From: Lama guanicoe
Taxonomy: Eukaryota
Assembly: GCA_013239625.1 (NCBI GenBank)
Contig: MU054323.1
Coordinates: 15,690,029-15,754,028 of the forward strand
Direction: 5' to 3'
Length of the DNA: 64,000 bases
This document shows positions 29,601 through 41,600 of this stretch, piece by piece. The stretch's first letter is position 1; each line of letters starts with the position of its first letter. Both the position numbers and the translations under genes were made by a program. Under the pieces are notes generated by a model that saw only the letters and a program-made list of their open reading frames with translations, had not been told where the DNA came from and did no database searches.

Positions 29601-32600
29601 CCAGAGCTGTCTACCACCACACCTCCATTTCCAGCCCTGAGTAGTGATGACATTTTTGAAGTCCCAGCCAGTCGTCTAGGACTATGTCCCACAATCTGGA
29701 CCACAAACAAGCCCAGCTATTTCCTTGTGATTGGATGCAGGTTAAATATTTTGGCCAGGATATTATATACATAGTATCATAGCATATCCATTACGTCGTA
29801 TCACAAATGGCCATATCAGGAGACATAATGTCATTTTGTCTATTTGTTGCTGATGCTAAATTTCCTTACTTAGATAGTTTACAATATCTCTCCATGGTAA
29901 AGATCCTTTGTAATTAGTAGCAATCTGTAGAGTGACATTTCAAAATAGCGTGAATAGCTTCTTGCCCCCCAAATTTCACCCAATGGTCTTAACATCCATT
30001 GATGATCCTTGTGATAGCAAGAATTATGTCAGACATTGAAAAATTATAATTGTTCTAAGTCTATCATTTCTTTCACCTTTACTAGCTAGTGTTCTTATAT
30101 AAAGAAGAGGGCTTCCCCCCTCACCTCCAGCAATTTTCTCAAGTACCACTATGAACTCAAGGATTGTTTTTCAAAATACAATATGTCATAGTCTATTATC
30201 ATCATTATTCTCTTTGGGGCTCACATTTTCCAAGTTTGGCCAGAGGAAGCCCTTCAAGCTTTTGGCATGCCCCGTTAGTGTTTCAGCACAATGCAAAGTT
30301 CCATCCTCACCTTGTCCTCCCCCTACTCTGGACCTTGAATCTCCTATTTTCTCCAAAGAGGCTCCACAGTATCTTAAACTACATTCTAGCAAACTTTTCA
30401 GGCAACCCCCCAAGATAAAGAACCATGTGACTCTCCTAAGAAGGAACCAACCACCTATGGAAGACCAACTAAAACAAGGAAGAGAGAAATGTCTCATTAT
30501 AGAGCAGGCCATCCAGTCTGGATGGTTTTTCGGCACCCCATGCCCCAACCTCTACTCTCCGTTAATCAGAGTTTTAATAGGACTACAATCAGACCTTTTA
30601 GGATCCTTCTCAGCTTAAACAATCCCTGTTTCCTCTTACCTGTGGAATTTTGCATACCTAGGGTTCAAAGTACACTGGTTTCTGTGTCAGACAGCGGGAG
30701 GTTATCAACCACAGTACAGCGATCCTTGCCTTGTAACAAAAAATTCAGAATAGGGGCTATATGAAAATGCTAATGTCTAGAATACAATTTTGCCAGTCAT
30801 AGAAATATAATGCGTACGTAGGTGTTGACCAAGTAGTTCCTGGCTAAATAACAGGGTTTCAATCTTCGGTACTTAGCCTGAAATCCAAGAATCCCAAGAG
30901 AGATTTAAAAGAAAAATTAATTTCAGGAGAACAGAGATGTTTTGGATTTTTTTAAATGAAAATCAGTCTGCTGGGATTATTCCCTATAAATCTCAACTTC
31001 CATGTCCCCTCATTACACCTAGTGACATTTAAGCAGAAACACTTTTTGCCAATGATTAGAAAACTGTGTGCTTCTGCACTGGCGAGGATTCCCTTTGGAG
31101 AGCGCCCTGCAGCGTAAGGGTCTCAGCTGACCAGGGGCCAAGGCTTGCTCTGTTGTCCAGAGGCTCACAGTCCAACAGGTTTCACTGGATCAGGACACAG
31201 TCCTCCTCTGAGGCTCAGATGCCTCCATGACCTCTCTCTAGGCTTTTTATTTCTAACTTTCACGTGTGGCTCTGCATCTTGGATCAATTCACTTTGGCGG
31301 CTGGGAGGGGGCAGGAGAGGGGCCCTGTGTTTTGGGTCAGCACAGTCTCTCCACAGGGCAGGGAAAGGAAAGGTAGAGAGGACCTCCTGATACTGCCCAT
31401 TTACTCTCTGAGCCACATTTCAGAAAACTGAGCTCAGAATAAAATAGAAACAGGGAGAACCACAGGATTTTCGATGTAAGAATAGAAGGAGCCTCTACAG
31501 TATGTCCCTGCAGCGCTGTCTGTGGATAAAGTGAGACCCGCAGCCAGGGCGCCCTCCTTGGGTCTGAAACAGCCTCAGTCCCTGTCCATCTGGAGCAGGC
31601 CCGGACCAGGGCAGGGGACCTGGAGGCTTCCTGCCCCAGGTGATTTCCATGAGATGCAGTAACTCAGGTTAGCCCAGACAGTTCCCTCCCCGCCACCCTG
31701 AGTGACATTTACAGAATAAACACCAGAATAACCTCTTTGCGTCTCTGGTGACATCTGGTTCCAAAACGTCTCAACATTTTTTCCCGTTTAGATCCGCACA
31801 ACTTTGTATAGTAAGTTGGTCCGTATCATTAATCCTATTTTCTGAATTAAAAAAAAGTCTCAAAGACTGAGGCAGTTAATTAATGGTGAAATAGAAACAG
31901 AAACCTAAATGTTCTTGCTCCCAATGCCAGGCCTTTCCCGAGACCCCGTTACTCTGTGTGCCTCATGAATGCAGTCCCTGTGCCAGCAGGACCTTTGATG
32001 AAATCGAGCACTAGATTCTGTCCTACCCCTGCCCCCTCCCCACTTGACACTCCTCACCATCTCCTGTCCAAGCCCAGCCTATAAAAATGTCCCCTCAGGA
32101 TATATATGCATGACTGGTACATTATGCTGTACGCCAGAAATTGACACATTGTAACTGACTGTACCTCAGTTAAACAAAATATATATCCCCCAGGTTGAGA
32201 GCCAACATGCTTTCATTATCAGGTCTCAATGTCAGGTAACAAATATGACCCCTCCCAAGGGCATCTAGATTTTAACAGAGCTCCAAGCACTAAGATAACT
32301 CCTCAGTTATACTTATCCAGCATCTACTTCATGGCAGACACTGCTCTGGGCCCTGGGGATTCAACAGCCACCCAGTGAGACAAAGTACCTGCCTCAGGGG
32401 GCTTCTGCATTTCGGTGACACTTTCTGCATTCCTATGACAGTTTCCATTTTGTGCTGGTGGGATTTCAGGCAGCACCTCCTGGCAGAGGAGGACCACAGG
32501 CAGCAGCCTTCTCAGGCAGTGGTCAGACCAGGCTTGGGACTTGCCTACCCACCCGGGACCGTTTTTCTTCTTTATGCCTCCATTGTTTCCCTGGTAACAT

Positions 32601-35600
32601 GTGAGCATTCCTTCTCCTCGCCTGGCATCTAAACTTTCTCTTCCTGGGTGGGCAACCAATGGTTATTTTCAAGGCCAATTTCTATTTACCTACTTTCGAG
32701 TTTCTCTAGTGCCATGGACTTCAAATGGATCCCACAGGGTCCATGAAAGTGAGAGGTCATCCCTCACTCATAGCCAGCTGGTGAGCAGAGCTCTCAGCAT
32801 CCGGAGGAGAGTGTGCGAGCATTTTTCCATCCATCTACGGACCTGATTCAACATTCAGAAAGTCACATGTCTGAAAAATTCTCTCCCATGTCACATCTTC
32901 AGGGGCAAAATAAGGGTTGCTAATGTTAACTCTGAGGCATGGACATTTTATTACTTCCTTTCTAATATTAATAAAACAGGCAACACAGGAAAACAAAATG
33001 CCACTTGACTTCCTCGTTGTAATTAACAATTCCGCGAGGGGTTGGGGGCACGTGGAGACTGACTGATTTCAATGAACTCAAGAGAAATAAATTGGAAGGA
33101 AGGAATCCACTTATCAAAATGCAACCATCTAAAACCTCTAGTTCTAGAAATAAATCATTTTCTTTTTTCTTTTTTCTTTTTTTTTGCAGAAGGTAAACCA
33201 CAAAAAGGTGTAACCTACCCATCGACTCTTACATATTCATCATCTAAAAGCCCAGCTGCCAAAGCAGGCAAGTGTCCACATGCGATTTCATCTAAATCTT
33301 CTGATTTCGTAAAACAGGCAATATTGTGTTTTAGGAGATAGTGTAGAAATTAGCATCATAACCAGTCAAGCTTCTCCGACTCCAGTAATATTTTAACAGA
33401 TGCCAGGAACATGGGCACGGAAATCAGTGGGATGAAGAATGAGGTTTCCTTTTGTTGTTGTTTTTGTAATTTCGAGATTATCTGTGAATTACAGAAGGAC
33501 TGTTGCCTAGAATTTTATTGTACTGTTACTTTAGAAGATGACAGGACATTCTGTGTGAAAATATTCCCTGGCAGCTGAAAGGAAAAGACTATCTCTACTT
33601 AGGGATGAAATGAAGGGAAGCAAAGAGGATGATGTTCCTTACGTGATAACAGCAAGCAGCTAATCTCCACAACCCAGGCCAGAGAGACACTGTGAGGTTG
33701 TGCCGACCCAGTTTCCTGGGAACCACTAAGCAGGTACAGGCAGAATCCAGGCCAGGAAAATACCTTTGTCTAGGTTTCTATATGAAAGCAAGAACTGTGC
33801 TATGCATTATTCTCTTGGGGCGGGGGTGTACTTTGATTTCCCAAGCAAAGAGAAGCTGTGAGTTGTTTTATGATGGGGCTTAATATTGCTTCCAGAAACC
33901 TGATGAGCTAGCTGATTTTGTTTGTGTACTGAAGGTGAATGTGATTTAAGAATAGGCAATAGAAGCTAGTGTTTATTGAGCTTTTGCTGTGTGCCAGGCA
34001 CTGTTCCAAGAGCTTTACCTGATTATGGTATTTACTCACCCCAACAATACCGTAGGTTTGTACTGTTCTTAGCCCTAATTTACAGTTTGAGGAAAATGCA
34101 CCACCAGAGAAGTTTAATAACTTGCCTTTTGCCACATAGCAAGTAAGCAGCAGAGCTGAGAATCAAATCCAGACAGTGGCTCCAAAACCCCCTCTCTACA
34201 CCATGACCCTGCATTTCCTTATGCTAATTACAGTGTATATAAGGAATCCTGACTTGAGGAGCCTAGCGTTCACATGCGGAATTTCATTTTTCCCCCTCAG
34301 TTACCGCTCCAGCTGTATCTTTAACGACTTCTTAATTATTCCAGTTATCTAGACCTGTTTTTGTCTGTTTGGTTTTTTATGGAAATCAACTGTTCCTTAA
34401 CCCGACCCCACTCACACACTGGCAGCAGACGGTGGTGCTTCCTGGACCACTTCTGAGATACCCCTGGTCCCCTTCTGGTGTGGGCCCGGGGAAGAGGACT
34501 AGGTGACAGAAGTCTCCTTAAGTGGCTGTCCAGTTGGTGGGGGGAGAGTGTCCCTGGCCTCTCTGCTGCCTCCTCTAGGCCAAGCTCTCGGAGATTTCTG
34601 AGTGGGTCTTATGTGCGGATATCTGGGGCAGGGGGCCATGTTCAGCTTTCTCCTGGCTCCATCTGGCTGGGCCTGAAGTCTGTGGCTTCAATCCCTTCTC
34701 TGAGTTAGGGGCTTCATTGCTGGGCAGCAGCCCTCAGGCCAGCTCCCGGCACCCTGCCCTCTGCACAAGGTCATGGGAATGGCTGGGGTCCTCCTCCTTT
34801 TCTTCCCTCCTGGGGCCCGAGGAGAACAAGGATGGGGTGAGGTGGCCTTTCTTGTCCATCTCCCCTCACCTTTGGCTTCATGAGCCCCTTCAGGATCACC
34901 CCTCTTCCCCTCGAGCAGCACTCCTCCTCCACTTCAGAAACAGACCCTCTGTTCAAGGAAGCACCCAACTTCAGGGACCACACAGAAAACACACCCTATT
35001 TTTACCCGGAGAGGGAGCATAATTCTTGACTCCCCAAACTCTCTCCAAGCTCCACTCCTGAGTGCACCAGGTGGGCCCGTGGTGCTGTGGCTCAGAGAAG
35101 TCGGTGGGAATGAGAGGCCCCTCCCCTCCCTGCAGGTCCTGCCATCCTGGTGAGTGGTTCTCTGGAAGGCCCTGCATCTGGCTTGGGGAGGACAAAGCCT
35201 GGGGAGAAAAGGGATATCCTCTTACCCTGAACGCTGCTCTTCCCCAGTGGCAGCTACAGACCCTCCCTTTCTTCTGGTCCTGACCTTCTACCCGCTGGCC
35301 TGGGTCAGGTGGGTGAGGGACAGTGCAGGTTCTGCTAGGATGGCCCCCCTCCATGGGAAGCTCAGGGGCACCGCTCCGACTGGCCCATTCAGCACTCAGA
35401 CTCTGAGCGGACCGCCTCAACGCAGGTCAAGTTGTTGGGGAGGGGGTGGAGGAAGAGAAACCAGCTACGGCCAAATGACAGCCTCGATTACAAAATCGGT
35501 TTGGTTTCTACGTCCCCTTGGCAGAGATCCTTTCCAAACTCCTCTGTCTAGCCTGGGCCCCATGCGTAGCACCGTCCACCCCCAGCAGGCACCTGCTCCC

Positions 35601-38600
35601 TGTGCCCGCCTCGCTGACGTCCAGGAGGGGCCCGGAGGACCCGGGATGCCTTCTCACTCTTTGCTGCTATGTAATTTTAAAATTAGCAAAAGCCATAGTT
35701 AGAACATTGGGCATTGCTACTGTCACCTGCCCTCTTACCAAGCCACCTCCTCCTCCGGTGACACTCTATCAGCCTCCTGTCACACAAACATCCATAGTTG
35801 TCAGTCTGAGAATTAGGTTCATTCCTTCATTCACTCATTCAGCTGGGCTGAATGTACTGGGCTCAAGACTGAGCTCAACTGTAAGGGTTCCCACATTAAA
35901 GGGATCCTGGGGTCTCAACCAACTTCAAGACACAGGAACTTCTCTCTCAAGTGAGAGCCCTACCCTGGAGTGAGTTTCACCATTCAAGTTAAAAATTCCA
36001 GTGAGAACCATCAAAGGGTGGCCCCCTTTGTTGCTACTCTTCCTTCAGTGATCAGATTCCTCTAGAAATTGAAGAAAGCAGGAGAAATGGTGATGTGAGG
36101 GCCAAGAGCCTCTCCGGGATCAGCACGCCCCCTCCCCCACTACCAGATGCTTCCCAATCTCTCCAAGAGTGTGAGTGAACCAGGAGGTCAGGTTAGGACG
36201 ACCCCCCAAAGTATAATAACCCTCTTCCACCAGGAAGTTATCTCGCCCACAAAATAGGAAGCATCTTAATTTGCGGCGCACAGCACCTACTGAGGACATG
36301 CATTCCTGAGATTTAAATGCTGTTCCCAAGGCAGTTAGCAACCATAAAATGGGCCACTGTTATTTGGCTGAAGCCCCCAAGCTAAATAAAAACAGGTAAG
36401 TGTCAGGGTGTAGAAGTCCACCCAAAGCTGGGAAGGCCCGTGGCTGGCACATCAACAAGACGAGGGAAAGTAAATCCTTACTCTTGCTGAGCAAAGGTAT
36501 CAGGAAAATGCCTCCTGACTCCCCCTTGGCCATCCTTTGTCCTAGAAGAAAGTCAAGTCCAAGTTTATTGTAATACATTGACTGTTCAGGACCCTTCTGC
36601 CCTCACTGCCTGCACCATCCAAGGCAACCCCTTCCCCCTGTCTTGGGAGTAAGACTCCTTCTACCAGAACTCTGGAGACCTCAGGCCACCCTATGACAGG
36701 AACTGCATTTAGGAATATTGAAGCAGCTCGTGGTTTCCACTTTGTTCCCCTTTTATGGAAAAGACTACGGAATCTGGAATCAAACAAATGTGAGTCCACA
36801 TCCTGGCTCTGCTGCCTATTGGTCTGTGTGAACTGAAGCACAGCTTTGACCTCGTGAAGAATCTATCCCTTAGCCCAAAAATGGGAGGACTTGGGTCACT
36901 TCCAGGACTGTGATTAATACCACATGTGAAAGCTTATGTAAAAGAGGCACCTAGTAGATGCTCAGTGAACATTAGGTTTCCTGCCCTTGTATGGAGCCCT
37001 GAGACATGTCCTGAGCTCCTGGGCCAGAGCCAGATTCTCCCCTGTCACTTTGACCCCCAGGCATTGCTGCTAAACTGGTTTCAGTGTCCCTCAGTCACCT
37101 CACATTTGACACCTGCTGAAGTGCTGTTTTCTACTGGGGGAGAGGGAGGCATAGCACAGTGATAAATGTCAGCTGCTGTCATTTATCAAAGACCTATCAT
37201 CTGCCAAGCACATGCAGCCCCCTCACAGACATGGTCTCTAATTGTGACAATAGACCCCCCACACACACACACACATACAAGTAGGTCTGACCATCCCCAC
37301 TTTACAGCAAAGGGAGCCAGGCTCAGAAAGCTGAAGAAAGCCTAGGGCCAGACTGGTGAGGGCGGGAGCCAGGGGTCCAGCCTGGCGCTGGCTGGGGTTC
37401 TCAGATCAGATTTCCAAGGTCCACCCCAGATCCAGTGCATCTGAATCTCTGTGAACAGGACCCTGGAATCTGCATGTTAACACCTCCACTGTGATCTAAT
37501 GATGGACCAGGTATAGAGGCTGGGAAGACTTCCTGGTGCTGTGGAGAAGGTGGTTGTCTGGGGATGTTCTCGACCTTAACCAAAGAGTAATATGTTAAGA
37601 GTCTAAGGGAAGTTGTGAAATGTTTTCCCATGAAAATCTTTGAAAACAGACCAAACTTACATGTATCTGAGGTTGTTTGAAGAAACTGTTTTACTGGTTT
37701 TATTTCAAATTGCTCTAAAGGAAGCTGGCCCCATGAAGAATTCACTTTGAGTTACATCAGGGATTATGTTCAGTAAGGAGCTGGGAGCATTTGTGTCGAG
37801 GACTTTCTCTGTCTCCCTCTTTAAAGTTTTATTCTGTAAAGCAGAGCAGGCAAAATCTACTAGATGTTCCGTGGAAAATCATGGAAGACCACGGGAGATG
37901 GCTCTGTTGGTTGAATTTATGACGTGCTTGAAAACATCTGTGTTCTAAGCAAGTAACATAAATGGCTGTGATCAGGAAATTTAATCTGCTTTTTAGCAAA
38001 TCAGTATCAGCAAAGGCAGACAGGGTGTACAGAAACCTCACAGGTAGCCAATGGAGTGAGAAAAGGAAAGCTCAGATCTTTAGCATCCAACAGGTTTCAA
38101 GTGGCAAAAATATTCACTATTTCCAAGTAGATGTTTTATCTTTAATTTAATTGGTTGTGGTTGAATTAATAATTTGCAAGTAAAATGTACTGTCAGTTTA
38201 AGTTTATTTATATATTTCTCTCCAAATTACTAATTATATCCTGTTTCATAAAATATACAAGTGATTCTGTTAAATGGCCTTTCCCTATATGAACCTGGGC
38301 CTGCATCTCCCTGAAGAGGCATTAATGCCTGGTAGCATGTACCAGAGGGTATAACAGAAGAGTACTTTAGAGAAATTAGAAACTTCCCTAGGACTTGTTA
38401 TGAAAGCTCAATTCCTTTAAAGTAATGGAAACGTCATAAATCACGCAGGTTTAGTTTTGCCAAAGGATGGTGCGAAGACTGGCTGAACCCCCGGGGCCGC
38501 TGCCAGCTCTTTAGCAATTTGTCTGGCACGGTCTCCAGGCGGGATTTAAAGGCAACCAACTGTTAGCAAGCATTGGGGTAAAGGAGGGATCTGCTCCCTG

Positions 38601-41600
38601 CCTTGACGGGCTGATGCCTGCAGGAGCAGGCAGGACAGCCTCACTCCAACCCAATTCCAGGGCTCTGTGGGGGGCCTTGCCGATGTGATTTAGGATCTTT
38701 AGATGGGAGATTATCCGGGAGTGTCTGCCGGCCGGAGGGGGGTGGCCCTAAACGCAATCACAAGTATCCTTACAAGAAGGAGCAGAGGGGGATTTGACAC
38801 ACACACAGGAGAAGGCCACGTGCAGGTGGAGCAGAGACAATTGAGGATGCTGGCCTGAAGATTGGAGGGGTGTGGCCACAAGCCAAGGATGCCAGCAGCC
38901 AGCAGAACGTGGAAGAGGCACAAAGCATATTCTACCTTACAGCCTCCCGAGGGAGCTCACCCCAGTGATACTGATTTCCTCCTCTTGGCCTCCAGAACTG
39001 TGAGAGAATACATTTCTGTTGTTTTAAGCCACTGAGCTTGTGGTAATTGGACAGAGCACCCCTAGGAAAGTAACACGAATACACAGGATAGAAGCCGGCA
39101 CACCCACCACAGGGTCTGGCAGACACACATGACTGTGGGGTGATGGTCCCTCCCAGGACTAGGATGCTGGTCACTTTGGGGCCATCTTGTATCTTCTTCT
39201 GCCAAAGACCCACAATTCTCAATACAATCTCCAAAGCCTAGTGGGCAGCCCCCGCCCCTGGGCCCGCAACCTAACAGACTGAGGCTTATTTAAAATTACG
39301 GAAACAATCTAAATCATCACAAGTGGATGAAAAGCACAATTTAGAAGTAGAATCTAGATGGTCCTTACCATCTAACTAGCTCCATTACCCCATTTTACAG
39401 ATGCGGAAACTGGGGCCCAGAGGAGTTAGTGGGCTAGTCACAAACCAATCTAAACTAGAACATCTAAAACACATTCTCTAGACAAACCTATGGTTACCAG
39501 GGGATAAAGGGGGTGGGAAGGGATAAATAGGAATTCAAAAATTGCACCCCTTTGGGGGTGATGGAAATGTTAGCCATCTTGATTGTGGTAGTGGTTTAAT
39601 TGGTGTATACATCTATAAAAATTCATCAAAGTGTACGTTTGAAATATGTGTAGTTTACTATACAGAAACCATACCACAATAAAGGTGTTAAAAAATAAAA
39701 AATTAAACATATTCTGTAAAATGGTGCAAACCCTGAAAGTACCTCCTATCCCGTGGCCAACATTAACTGACAAAGTAAAAAGTATGTTTAGGAACCATTG
39801 CTTCTGGTGTATGGCGTATTAATTCGACAGTTAACCGTGTTCTGCCTTGTCCACGTTGCTGTCATTCTGAACTGTCTTTTAAACGTTTTGTTGTTATTTA
39901 ATCTTTGGTTTGTTTATTGGCTCATTCCTCCATCCAGATTGTACAGTCCTTTAGGGCAGACAGATTTCATCCTCCACAGAAACTAGCCCAGGACTTTGCT
40001 CGCAACTAGTGTTCTATAAACATTTATTTAATTTTCATCCTGGAGAGCCTACTGGCTATTTTGTAAGCCCCAGTGTAATTCCATTTTCTTACAGGTGAGA
40101 CCACAAAAGCTGATCACAGCTCATCAGTTCCAGGGACAACTGCACAGCCGGTCACCCTGATGCAGGTACTGGGGACCACCATGGTCGGAGCCACCCACAC
40201 CACGTTGCCAAAGCCATCCCCATCTGCAGGCTCCACCAGCAGCAGCCTCAGACCACAGCCTGTGGGCCAGAGAAGCCGGGAGCTGGGTCAGTAGGAAGAC
40301 TGTGTGTTGCCATGTGCTAGAAAAGAGGGAAATTGGGCTTTAGAGTTAATAGCTCTGTCTGAATGCCTGCGTGTAGTGTTCATGTCCCACCTTTTTAGCT
40401 GGGTTGGGGGAGAGCACCTGAGACCCAGGAGAGGGGTATGTGCTGTGTCCTCCCAGATTCCACGGGTAAACTTGAGCCCAGTAATGATTCCAGACCAAGC
40501 TAAGGGCTGAGCAAACTGTGTTGAAGGGGCTTAATGCAGATTTGAAAACAGACCTTCTGTTAATTGTACTTTGGAAGGTAGGCTATTATGTGAAATTTGC
40601 CCACTGCAAAATCCCCAATTCTCCGAAAGCTGGGTTGAAGGGATCATATGTAAACACCGCTGGGTTTTGTTTTGTTTTAAGGGACAAATTGAATACTCCT
40701 GAAAGTCTTCAAATAAACAAACAAAACAAAAAGAATCCCTCTAGGAAAAGCCAGATAGCTGAAGTTTTTATTCCTTTTCTAACTGCTTTTTGTCTTACCA
40801 CTTGTATCCACAAATCAGGTTTTAGGTTTTGCCAAAATCCAGTTTATGGAATTCATCTCAGTATTACATGAAACACGACCTTAGGAGCTCATGCGATCAT
40901 GCAGATACCAGTTCTACACAGGCTCTTTCTATGTTAGGCATCCTGGGCACTGAGTGCCCGTCTCATTTCGAAAGGCCCCCTGGCCAGGGGGCGGGCAGTT
41001 CCTCAGCCGGAGCGGCACTATTGTCTCAGCTAGTTTTTCTAACTAGTTCCTGCCTCCAGCTCCTTTTTCCTTCTAGGAGGAAGTGTCCAGGACTCATTCT
41101 TTTCAGCCTGATCTCCAGCTTCCAAACATCACTGCCACCTAGCGTGGCCCTGCCCCGCTTCCACATCAGCACCCAGCTCTCTAGTCACCTTTCTCTTTCA
41201 CAAACAGAAACAAGCACTTGCAGCATGCTAGACACTCTTCTAAGCACCCCACAGATACGAGCCTATTCGATCCTCAGAACAACCCTGTAAACTAGATGCA
41301 TTACTTCTAATCTGACTAATTCATTGTCTTGAGGAGGAAACCAAGGAGTAGGTCGGTGAGGAAACTGGCCCCGAGTCCCGCAGCTGGGAGGGGGCAGAGC
41401 TGGGATGCAAGCCCAGCAGCCCGGCTCTCCGGTGGCGCCCCTCGTAGGAGGGCACCCCGGCTGTGAACGAACACCCCGGGCACTGACGATGCAGGCGCCT
41501 GACCTGCCTTGACATGGACGGGGTGGCAAGGACAGAGGGTCTTAGACACAGCCGACTTTGCTGTAATCCGTAACAGACAGTAACAGAACGCACCGCCCAT

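Noticed and set aside
40163..40171. Internal donor CAG|GTACTG in the 192-nt exon
   Set aside because: It matches poorly at +4 to +6 and would shift the frame. There is no supporting evidence.
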